From the NCBI RefSeq assembly GCF_009834535.1, contig NC_045696.1, positions 105,402,001-105,466,000 of the forward strand: 64,000 bases of DNA. The letters are read 5' to 3'. The notes under the pieces are model-generated. The model made no database searches. It saw nothing but the letters and a program-made list of their open reading frames with translations, and was not told where the DNA came from. The position numbers and the translations under genes are program-made. This document shows positions 13,701 through 25,700 of this stretch, piece by piece; the first letter of the stretch is position 1; every line of letters starts with the position of its first letter. Source of the DNA: Camelus ferus (Eukaryota).

Positions 13701-16700
13701 CTCCATATAATGCTGCCAGTTATCTTTCTAAAACATGGATCCCATCACATCAGTTACCAGTCTAAGGATAAAGTCCAAATGCCTTGGTGTGGAATACAAG
13801 GGTTTCCAAGACTGGCCTTAGCTAATAACCGTTTTCTAGAGAGGCCATGAATGTTCACAGAACTTTACCTAATTCAGCTGGTCTCTCTGCCTGTAATGTT
13901 TTTTACTCTCCCTTTTTGATTTCTTTTCCTCTGGAGAATTACTCATCTTTCAAGGCTTAGCACAGTTATTTACTCTGAGAAGCTCCATTTCACTTCTAGA
14001 CAGAGCCAGTCATGCTCATCCCATTCCTTTCTGTTGCTTTTTGCCTCTATTACGGCCTTCACATTCAATAGTAATGAATATGTCTCCAGAAATGTTTATC
14101 CCCAAAATGTTGGTGTTTGGGGCAGGAGCTGTGTGTCACCCCCCCACCCCCAATCAGACACACATAGCGAGCAGCACACGCCTTGCCTGTGCTAGACGCG
14201 TCGTACATGTTGCAGTGAGTGCACTTATATTCCTTTTTCCACAGTAATATTTAAAATATTTCTATATGCATTGATTTAAAATTATGCATTGCATTCGCTT
14301 TTGCTTACATTTATAGGCTTCTATCTATATAACATTTTTATTAGTTTTCCTTTAACTTATATAAAATGTTACGTGTTATTTGTCTGACAACTTATTGAAT
14401 GTTCTGTGTTGAATATCTTAGGGCTTTGAGTTTATTATTATTTTTTTCCCTTTCACCAGATTGTCTTTGCTTTTGACATAGGTTGAGAACTTTGAAATTA
14501 GCTTTAAATTTTCTTCACTAAATTAAGGTACATCTTGAGGACAATAATTGTCTTATCTTTGACTCTGGTAAAGTTTGTTTACACATCTTTATACTCCCCA
14601 CAGGGCCTCCCATGTAGTAGGCATACAGATAAATACTTGTAAAGATAAAGCTCAGTGCCAGTGCTGTAGTAGTGTTTGACTACTTCTCCATACTTTTAGT
14701 TTTTTTAATTAAGCAGTAAATTTCTCCTTTTAATACATCTTACTAAGTTCACTTTCTTTAGCTTTATATTAAATTTCTCATAAATTTCTCATTTCCTTCC
14801 TTTAAAGTAGTGTTTCTCAAAGTGGATCACCCTGGGGTAGCTGTTAAGAATCTAGATTCCAGGGCTTCATTGTAGATTCACTGAATCATAATCTCTAGGG
14901 ATAAAGCCTGGAAATTGGCATTTTCTGAGAATGCCATAGTGATTTTGCTCCCTGGAAATTCAAGTAAAGTGAGAACAAAAACTAATGGGTGAAAAAAATG
15001 AGCGTTCTTCAGCTTTTCTCCCGTGCGTTAGCACTTTATGTGCACGTTGGGAGCGTGGCGGGGCTGCCTTCTGAAAAGCAAGGCCCACGCTGACGCCAGA
15101 TGCTGCTGTTCCCTGAAGGTGTGGCAGCTGGGCTCCTCGTCACCAAACTTCACCCTGGAGGGACACGAGAAAGGCGTGAATTGCATTGACTACTACAGTG
15201 GTGGCGACAAACCATACCTCATTTCAGGTGCGGATGACCGTCTTGTGAAAATATGGGACTATCAGGTACAGTTTTTTCATAATTTATTTGCCATATGTTA
15301 GAGATGCTTCTTCCTGTTTCTTATGGGACAGTTACAACTTGGTTGTTGAACTCTGTTCATAGTATAATAACTTAAGGCCTCAGTATCTGCACCCAAATTG
15401 TGGTCCTAGAATTCCCTGTAAAAATGAAAACAAATGCCTGTCGAGATTTTAAAAATAAAATGCCACCATGTTTATTTTTTATTTAATAGTGAAATTAGAA
15501 ATTAAAAAATTTTAATTAAAATGACTTCTTACATCTTCTAGTATCCTCATTGACAGCCTTCCATTTATTTTTGAAAACTAGCAGATCAATGAATAATGTC
15601 ATGGCATCACCATTGTACAGTCATTTTTTACCACATAGACTTCTCTAAATCTAGTTATGAACTCTTGTTACTAGGTTTTATCTCTTAAGATTTTGTTAAA
15701 TTTTTTTTTTGTTTCTCACTTCAAAATTTGCAGAAGCAGTTAATAAAATGAGGCCTAGAAAACCAGTTGTACTGAGATACTTACTCAAATTTGTATTTAA
15801 ATACAAGATAAAAATATTAAAGACATTATCCTAGAAATTTGGGGGGATAATAGATAAAAACTAGATCTTTCAGGTGTGTGTGTGTAGTTTCTTCTTTAAA
15901 TGTGATAGTTACATTTACATTTACCTGTAGTATCAAATAATCAGAGAAAACATGTACACAAGGTAATTCTATTTTAAAAATCTCTGTACTGAATACTATT
16001 TGGATTGTCATAACCACTATCATTTATTATGTATCTGTGCACTGGGAAAATTAAGAACAAGTTACTTGTTTTTCACTAATAAAAGTGTTTTCTGTGTCTT
16101 GATTACAGAATAAAACATGTGTACAGACACTGGAGGGACACGCCCAAAATGTGTCTTGTGCCAGTTTTCATCCTGAGCTGCCAATTATCATCACAGGTTC
16201 AGAAGACGGTAAGTTGGAAATGTATGTTTATTCCTGTGCTGAGCATCATGAAAGGGTATTCATGCCAGCTAGTGCCCTGCATTTTCATTGGAGGTGTCAA
16301 AGGATTTTGATCTTATTATTAGAGTAGAATACTTAAGCCGCAGAAGAGTAAAGGGGCATCAGCATCACCATCCTACTGCACTTTGGCTGTTACTTAAATA
16401 GAGGCCACCCAGAGGTGCTCTGGAGTCTCACAGCCCAGGGTCAGGTTCAGGCTCTGCTGCTTCATGCACGTGTGGTTTGGGTAAGGTATGAAATGGGAAT
16501 AGATACCTTTACCTCACAGTATTAGTGAAGGGATGTTGGGAAATCGCGTGTAGAAAGCCTGTGGCACATAGTGGGCCGTGTACCCAGGAAGCCCTGTCAT
16601 GATTTCACACACAGTCACATTTCTTAGTTTCAGTTTTTATAAATTTTGTATTAATTTTTTTATGTTGCTTTATACGTAATTTACAGCCTATAGATCAAAA

Positions 16701-19700
16701 AATTAAGCTGGCAGGAAGTGTCTTCTGTTGGAATATAAAGGCTTCCATGTGGCTGGTTTATCTGACAGCTCGTTGTTGGATGTTCGTATCAAAAGGAGGT
16801 GTTCACATTGTTCTTTTTAGGAACCGTGCGTATTTGGCATTCAAGCACCTATCGCCTGGAGAGCACGCTGAATTACGGAATGGAGAGGGTGTGGTGTGTG
16901 GCCAGTCTGCGAGGGTCCAACAACGTCGCCCTGGGCTACGATGAAGGAAGCATCATAGTTAAGGTAATCCCTTGTTACACTGTCTCGGAACGGATGGGCA
17001 TAGGAAGGCGGTTATCTGCCAGGTCGTCAGTGTTGTTAAACTGGCACTTCTGAGGTTAAGCACAAGAAAATGTTTATTTTGTTGGGGTTTTATTTACTTT
17101 CCTTTTTATTGCTAAGAGTCATTTGTCATTCTTCCAGCTTGGTCGGGAGGAACCTGCCATGTCCATGGATGCCAATGGAAAGATAATTTGGGCCAAACAT
17201 TCAGAAGTCCAGCAGGCCAACCTAAAAGCTATGGGAGATGCTGAAATTAAAGATGGAGAGAGATTGCCACTGGCAGTGAAGGACATGGGCAGTTGTGAAA
17301 TATACCCTCAGACTATTCAGCACAATCCTAATGGGCGGTAAGCCACCCCCAGAGTCTCCCTGGGCTTCTTTGTATGTTAGAGCAGGGCCTGTGTGCCCGC
17401 AGTGGTGGGACCGCATGGAGCTTCCACGCTGGCCTCACAGCCCTCGACACGGTGGCCGGCAGCGGGCCAGCTGATCGGTGGTCTGCACCGTGAAGCATAA
17501 TTGCCTTCCCGGCCTTGTCCCACCACGCAGTTTTGAACAGTTGAATAGTTTTGTGTTAACTCTTATCGCAGATGTGTTGGTACGTGTCCTTACACTCCTC
17601 TGAGGGCAAGAATCATGCATTATCCTCAGCCTTAGTAGGTGCTCTCTAAATATTTGCTGACTTGGGGAGGGTATAACTCACGCGCTAGAGCACATGCTTA
17701 GCATGTACGAGGTCCTGGGTTCAATCCCTGGTACCCCCTCTGAAAATAAATAAATAAACCTAATTATCTCCCCCTTCAAAAAAAAATCTAAAAACATAAA
17801 AAATAAAATAAATATTTTCTGACTCATTGCTCTTAAGAAGAAAAGCTGTCTGTGAGGTCTTTGTCTTTTGAAAAAGTTTAGGGACTGGTAATAATTCTGC
17901 TTTTTCTCTGTTATCTGAATCATCAGTTCTGTTTCTCCCTTAAGATTTATTAAGCACTGAACATCTACTGAGAAGAGTCTCTACTACAATGAAGTTAAAC
18001 CTATGAGCTTTAAAAATTGTTTCACAATAGATCTGGGCATTTTCTAATGCTGTCCTGAGTATTAAGAAGGCAGAGTATATAAACCAAGTATGCTGCCTGG
18101 TTCAGTAAATGGTATCCATAATTACTTGTAATAGAATTTTCTTAAGAAAATTAGGAACACATTACATATTTTTCCCTGAATATCAGAAAACATTTTTTGC
18201 TGTAAGTTTTGCATCTCACCTTTGGCAATCTAATAACAGCCATACAGTATTCTAAATTAGAGCTTTAAAGAGTTCTTTTATGTCTGTTGAGAAAATTTTG
18301 ACTATGAGCATTCTTTTTCCTTCTTATTTAAATGTTAAAATATTTTGATAAATTTAACAGTCATTAAAAACTGGAGTAAGGTACTTTCACTCATTTGAAT
18401 GCTTACCTTCAAAATGAAGATAGCCTTGCAGCAAGAGAGTGCCTTCTTACGGTGTAAGTGTGATGGGCAAAATGCTGGGCGTCTTGGAGCTCAGCAAATG
18501 CTAGCTGAATTACTGGCGTCCTCCCTTGTGTGTCTCCCGTCTTTCTCATGTTCCCGACCCTTTGTTTATGAGAGGCCGTTGCAATAACAGTTTCAGCAAT
18601 AACCCCATCTTTATAATTTGCTTTTGTTTAAGAGGGGTAGGTAATTGGGTTTATTTATGTTTGGAGGAGATACTGGGGATTGAACCCAGGACCTTGTGCA
18701 TGCTGAGCATGCGCTCTACCACTTGAGCTGTATATACCCCACCCCCCAGAATTTTTAATTCAAATATAGTTGATTTACAATGTTGTGTTAGTTTCTAATA
18801 GAATGTTTATATCTAGCTCTGTATTCAAAGAAATATGTAACTTTAAAAGATACTAGATTCATTTGGAACAGTCAACTGAAACAACATTTGTCATTAGAAA
18901 TATTTCACCATCAAAATGAATCATTGTTTCTTCTACGTGTCACTGGTCCCCTGTGCTTCCCTTCTTGGCTCCTGTGGTTCCTAGGTTTGTCGTGGTGTGT
19001 GGGGACGGCGAGTACATCATCTACACAGCAATGGCACTGAGGAACAAGAGCTTCGGGTCCGCCCAGGAGTTCGCGTGGGCCCATGATTCTTCGGAGTAAG
19101 TTTTGGCTGGGTGGTAAGCAGCTTGCCCTGATTGCCAGTGGGTGTTCTGCATGTGTGAGAGAGGTTTGCAAGGCTCAGTGAAGGCTGCGCTGCTCCAGGT
19201 TAAAGACCAGTTCTCACCAGAGCAGTGTTGGAAGATGAGAGTCAGGGGCAGCTGTGCAGCCTGAGCCGCCTTTGCCCTGTGCTCAGTACTGAGCTGGCAT
19301 GCTCAGTCCCATCTAATAATTTCATTAAACTAGGGACCAAGCACCCTTTTCCCTGACGGAGACCATGGCAGGGCCTGGTGCTTATGGGCTCCAGGCAGAG
19401 TGGGCCCTCAGGTCGGGTGGTTGGCAGGCCCTGCCTGGAACCTGGCATCCTGAGCTGCTGCTGCCCTTTTCTGTGTTTCTCAGGAGAGCTGTTAGGGTCT
19501 GATGTAACCTTGGTGAGAACTTCATTGAATCTTTTTAAAAACTCATTCTGTGATGTTACCCACCTCCCACTGTTAACAAAACAAATTCTGTCCGAATTCA
19601 AAATGTTTATGAACTAGTCTCATTAAAAACAGGAAAAAGTCACCTCTCAGTTATTATACTAGTCACTGATGGGTTCCTTTTTGATTCCTGTTTGGTGCAT

Positions 19701-22700
19701 GTAATAAACACTGGGACTTTGGTTTTTTCAGACCGTGCACTGAATTTCATCTCTACAGGTTTCTTAGTTTCGTTTTGCCCATATTCTATGTCACCTCTCG
19801 TGCCAACAGTGGTTAACTTAAGCCTCAGCATTGCATAGTAAGAACGTGCTTTTTATCTTTTAACAAAAAGGTCACTGAGAGGTAAGATCTTTTCATAAGT
19901 TTCTTAAATAACTCATGCATGCACAGTTCCATATACTGAAAGGTACTTTGCTACCATCTTAAGCAGAATCATAGTTCATGAGTTGCCTTACCTCTCTCAG
20001 CACACGTCTCCCTCTGTTTTGATAGTTCCTTCTTTTCAGCTTTGTCCAGCCAAGACGCTGCTCAGCAGCTTTCCTGTCCTGAGCAAAGCACTTGTCAGGT
20101 CTCTTCCTCACACGCTCTCAAATATCCAGCACCAGCCCCTTTTCAGGGCAGAGGCCTGAGTATACACAGTTTTCTAAGCTGTTGCCAAACATGGCCAACA
20201 AGTGAGCCACTTACAAAAGTTGTTATTTTTTTTATATTGAGGTATAATTTATACAGAATTAAGTGCACTGTTTTAAGTGTACATCTCAGTGAATTTGGTC
20301 AAATGAATATAAGCCATGACCACTACCACAGTCAGGATACATAGAACATTTCTGTCACTCAGAAGCAACCCCCTTGTTTACCTTAGCAGTCAGCACCACC
20401 CCACTCGCCAGTACATCAGATTTGCCATCTTCAGGGTTTCCCATCAGTGGAGTGGTGTGGTATACACTCTCATGTTTGGCTTCTCTTGCTCTGGAGAATG
20501 TGTTTGAGATTCATCCGTATTGTTGCATGGATCAGTAATTGGTCCCCCTTTTTTGTAGAGTATAACTTTCATTGCAAAAATAAAGCACATTTGGTTTTAA
20601 TCATTCACCTGTTAAGGGACTTGGGTCTTTTCAGTTTCTAAAATAGTTTGTAAGCCCTAGTAATTTGTGTAATAAAGAACGTGAAACCCATTCACTATTT
20701 GTCCAACTGTAAGGAGTTCAGTGATCTCTTAGGGAAAAAAAATGTATTAGTGAATCTTCAAATATTAATTTTACATTTTTGTATAATTCACTACTCAGAT
20801 ATATTTGAAGATTTTTGTAATATTTGTTGGAATTACAGTATATACATAATATGCTATGTTTGCTTTCCTTTCCCCCACCAGATATGCAATAAGAGAAAGC
20901 AACAGTGTTGTAAAGATATTTAAGAACTTTAAGGAAAAAAAATCATTTAAACCAGATTTTGGAGCTGAAAGTAAGTCCTATTTTCCATAAAATACAATTT
21001 TAGAAGTTTTGTAATGACTCAGAAATTTCTAAGGATCTAAATTGTTTCTGTTCTTTCTAGGTATCTACGGAGGCTTCTTGTTGGGAGTCAGATCTGTGAA
21101 CGGCTTGGCTTTCTATGACTGGGACAATACAGAGCTCATACGCAGAATTGAAATTCAGCCCAAACACGTGAGCTCCCTCCATTGTTGGTTTTGGAATGTG
21201 CATCTTTGTGACAAGTTCTGGGTCCCCGAGGCCAAGAAACATCCTTGTACCCTGCTGTCTGTGTTCCGCTGTGCTGGACACACTACCATTTACCTCAGGA
21301 CTGCCTAGGAAATGAGAACTGTGGTATTTGAATGAGGCAGTAGATGTTGGGCTTTTTGAAAAGTATAAAAAGTTATACAAATGCCAAGTGCTATTCATAT
21401 TTTAAATGGCTTTTAACAGAGTTTAAAAAAAAAAACGTTGAAGATAAGAAGTCAGGGAGTTGTTGACCTAGAAATGCCTGCAAATCTCCCACTCAGTTCA
21501 GAAAGCCCTTTCCTACTGTCCCTGATAATGGCTGTTTAAACTTCAGGTAGCTGGCTCCGGTGACAAGGTTTTCTACCTTGAGAACCACGTGTTTCTTTGA
21601 CAGCTTTCATTGTCAGGAAATTGTGGAGACAAGTCTGCCTCCCCGGGTCCTGGTGTGTCTTCTAGAACATGCATTCTCAGCAGGGGGAATGTTGTCCCCA
21701 GGGGGCCAAAAACTAGTTCCCGAGGGATGGAGACAAGCACTCTCTTTACGTGTAGAGCGTAGATGTTCGTATGGATGTGCACGTCAGGTGTTTATGCACC
21801 ATGCGTGTATGTTTATGTGTTAATATGTGTATAAACATACAGCATTTCTGATACTACAACTTCACAGGGGAAGGTGATTGTGGGGAAAATGTCTATGAAA
21901 GGTTTCGGGTGGGGGTCACAGTGGGGAAAAAAGGGTGCGAAGCACAGCTCTCGAGCAGTAGGGAGGGGGCTACTGCTCCTCCCACTCTCGGCACCTCGGT
22001 GTCTCCTGCCGGCGCCCCTGCCTGCCTCCCTCAGGTCTTTCCAATTCTAGGCTGAATAGAATGCCAGTGCCCTGTCCACCCAAATGTGTGTATATATACA
22101 TGACATGAAATTGTTAAGTGCATACTTAATATCTTCATGTATGAAGATAAACCTTGTGAGAAACAGAGTGTATGCAGTTCGTCATACCCTTTCAGAGATC
22201 CAAAATCACTTGTGTTTTTGTTTGTCGTGTTGCAGATTTTCTGGTCCGACTCTGGAGAGCTAGTCTGTATTGCCACCGAGGAGTCCTTTTTTATCCTTAA
22301 ATATCTGTCGGAAAAAGTCTTGGCTGCACAGGAAACACATGAGGGAGTTACTGAAGATGGTATTGAAGATGGCTTTGAGGCACGTGCATCAGCACAACCT
22401 TAGCTCAGCTTCGTTTTTAAATGACTTATATTCTTAGAGTAAACTTCACTCATGGTAACATTTAATTATAAAATCACATTTGGGGAAACTAAGCATTTAA
22501 GGAGTGACAGGGAAATGTGAAAGTTAAAATCTTGGCTCTAAGAGCAGAGTCTGAAAGTATTTCAAGTATTATGTTTAAAAGAAATTTGTGTTTTGATTTT
22601 AGGAAATCTTTAGACTAACTTCGATTATCTTCAATAAGGAAATTATAAGGCGTTTTGGTCCTAAGACAATTTAGCCAGTTATTTAAAAGAGTTTTCAAAT

Positions 22701-25700
22701 GGTGAAGATAAATCATCCATTGTGGACATGTCTTGGAAGATTTTATGAAATATTTATTATGCCAGTTTCATGTATGTTAGGAGTTTAGATCAGCACTTTC
22801 CTAGGTCACAGCTATGATGCAACAGTGAGATTTTATGTTACAGATACTCATCCAGGAATCTGTTTTTCAATGAAGAAAGAAGGTAGAAATTCCAGGAAAA
22901 GATTTTCTTTCTTGAAATAGGAGTTTTTTGGGGTTTTTTTGCACTTCTTACTCTACCTATCACCCCTAATTATATTCAGTTTTTTGTTACTAGTAGGATT
23001 TCTAATGCTGAATAAGATAATAATAGACTTTTATTTTTTTTCTGCAGGTTCTTGGTGAGATTCAGGAAATTGTGAAAACAGGGCTAGTGGGTGGGCGATT
23101 GCTTCATTTACACAAGTTCTGTGAACAGATTAAATTACTATGTTGGAGGAGAAATAGTCACCATTGCCCACTTGGACAGGTAGCTGAGTATCATTTTGCT
23201 TTTGTCTTTAGCATCCTAAATTTAAAAGTATACTTTTTAAACAAAACCAAATGCTAACTTGTAACAATGATAGGCCTGATTGTTTAGTGTTACAGTTGTA
23301 GTAGGTTGGCAGTTGCTAACCAGAATTGCATCAGTTGAATGGAAGGATTTTAAGCAAGAAGCATAGTGAGCGTGTGTGTGCGTGCGTTCGCATACATGGG
23401 TGTTGTCTACTGATTTGGGCTTAGTTCTAAACCAGTTCCTGTTTCTCTTCCAGGACAATGTATCTCCTGGGCTATATTCCTAAGGACAACAGGCTGTACC
23501 TCGGGGATAAAGAACTAAACATTGTCAGCTACTCCCTGCTGGTTTCGGTGCTGGAGTACCAGACGGCTGTCATGCGCAGGGACTTCAGCATGGCCGACAA
23601 GGTGCTTCCTACCATTCCAAAAGAACAGAGGACCAGAGTTGCACACTTTTTGGAAAAGCAGGTAAGGGCTTTGTGTGTGTGTGTTTTATTTTATTTATGT
23701 GTGTTTTTTAAAACCAGCAATTTGAAAGAATGTGAGTATGAATTTGAAGAACTTTATTTCTTAATTGCCACTGATTTCCTGATGGCGGTGGAATTTCTCC
23801 TGTAAAGTTAAGTCACTTGTGACACCCCTCCCTCTCCTTTCTCATTGCCCTTAGTATCCCCTTAAAATGTTGGAGGTGATTATCAGTCTTCCCTTTCTGT
23901 AGAATTTTTCATTCTGTCAGTATTTTCATTTCTCTGCTGCATTTTTCTCTATCCTAGCTGGCTTCTCTCTTTCTCTTTCTGTAAAATACACATAAAATAA
24001 AATTTGCCATTAGTGATAAGCCCTTTCCTGAATGTAGTATTTTTTAAATCAAAGTTATATATGGACAAAGGATAAAAGTTTGCAAGCCTAAGAAAAACAT
24101 CCCTCCTTTCTCTCTCATTTCTGTTCCCTAGAGGTAATCACTTTTGACTCTTCTAGCTGACTCTGTTGGTATTTCTTTCCGCATCTCTAAGTAACATGCT
24201 TATGTGGCTATTTGGCATGTCTCATGGCTTCACGCTCTGTGGAAGATGAGGATTTATCTTTCTTCCCCCCTCTACCCCCCAACTTCTGTCGCATACATGC
24301 CACTTTCCTATTCCTTATCCGCCCAAAAAAGTTACATCACAGTTTTGATTAGATCGGCAGTCACTGTTGATATGGTTATGGCTGTGCTAACGCTCTTCAC
24401 AGCTGAGCCGTGTGGTGTGGTACAGCTTTCCCCTCCTGCAGGTGGTGGTTTTCCTGGAGATAATCATTGTTTCTTTTTTTAAACTTCACTTGTCTCCCTG
24501 TTCACCTATGGTCATTCTCCCTACTCTGCTGCTTCTCCACATTTCCCTCAAATCTCCTTTCAGTATGTTCCGTCTGCCTCAGGCTAAACTGCTTTTTGCC
24601 CTCATCGTGGATATTCCTTCACCATCATGTTGGGGCTTCCCTTCGCCCCTTTTGAGTTGGATCTGTTATTTCCTATATCCCCTTTTCTTCTTTCCTGGTT
24701 TACTCCCTCATTTTGCTGGAGTATGTCCTTCAGTGGTTTCCTGAGAAAAGGATTATTACCAATAGGAAGTAAATTTTTTGTGATCTTGATTATCTAAAAG
24801 TGCCATTGTTCCACCCTAAAACATGTTTGGCCGTTAAACTGGATGTAGAATTCTGTATTTCTCTCAGTAATTTTCTCAGAATTGTGAAGACAAAATCCTA
24901 TCTTGCCTACTGCTTTCTAGCTTCTAGTTGTCGTTGAAGTCTAAAGTCATTTATATTCCTGATTCTTTGTACCTGATCTGTTTTTTCTCTCTGGAAGTCT
25001 TTGGGATCTTGTCTCTGTTGTTCTGTGATGTCATTGTGATGGTGGCCTTGGTGTAGGGGGTCAGTTATCATTCATTCTTCTGGGTATTAGATGAGCTCTC
25101 TTGTCCTTCATTTTTGAGAGATTTTCTTGAGTCGTTTCTCTGATGATCTCCTTCCTTCATTTTCTGTGTTCTCCCTGTGAAACTGTGATTCAGATGTTGG
25201 GCCTCCCGCTGGAGGACTGTTTTCTCATTTTGTTATTCCTGGGCTTTTAAAATCTTATTTATGGATGGATGGATGATGTTTTCCCCTACGTGGTATATAT
25301 TTCCTTCAAATTGCTGTTATGGTACAGTCAGTTACAATGTGTCAGTTTCTGGTGTGCAGCACAGTGTCCCAGTCATGCATATACATACGTACATTCATTT
25401 TCATGTTCTTTTTCATTAACGGTTACTACAAGATGTTGAGTATAGTTCTGTGAGTGCATTTTGATCTCTCTTTCCTTTCAAAGGTCTTCCTCAGGTATCT
25501 GATTATCTTTGGACACTCTTATCTTTGGACACTCATTTAAGAGTGGGGCTCTAAGAAGCAGGTCAAAAGGTCTGAGTTTGTGGGTGACCTTGTTGGGTCT
25601 GGACTCAGAACATGTGACGTGGGTGGGCCATTTGATTGGGAACTTCAGTGTCAGTACCTTCATCTGATGAACTTAATGACTTTTCATTTAGTCATGTAAT

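Noticed and set aside
17664..17740. Possible tRNA genes (A/B-box-like sequences at 17664, 18747 and 37329)
   Set aside because: They are followed by a SINE body and A-rich tail, two have TSDs, and I could not identify a full cloverleaf. They are tRNA-derived SINEs.
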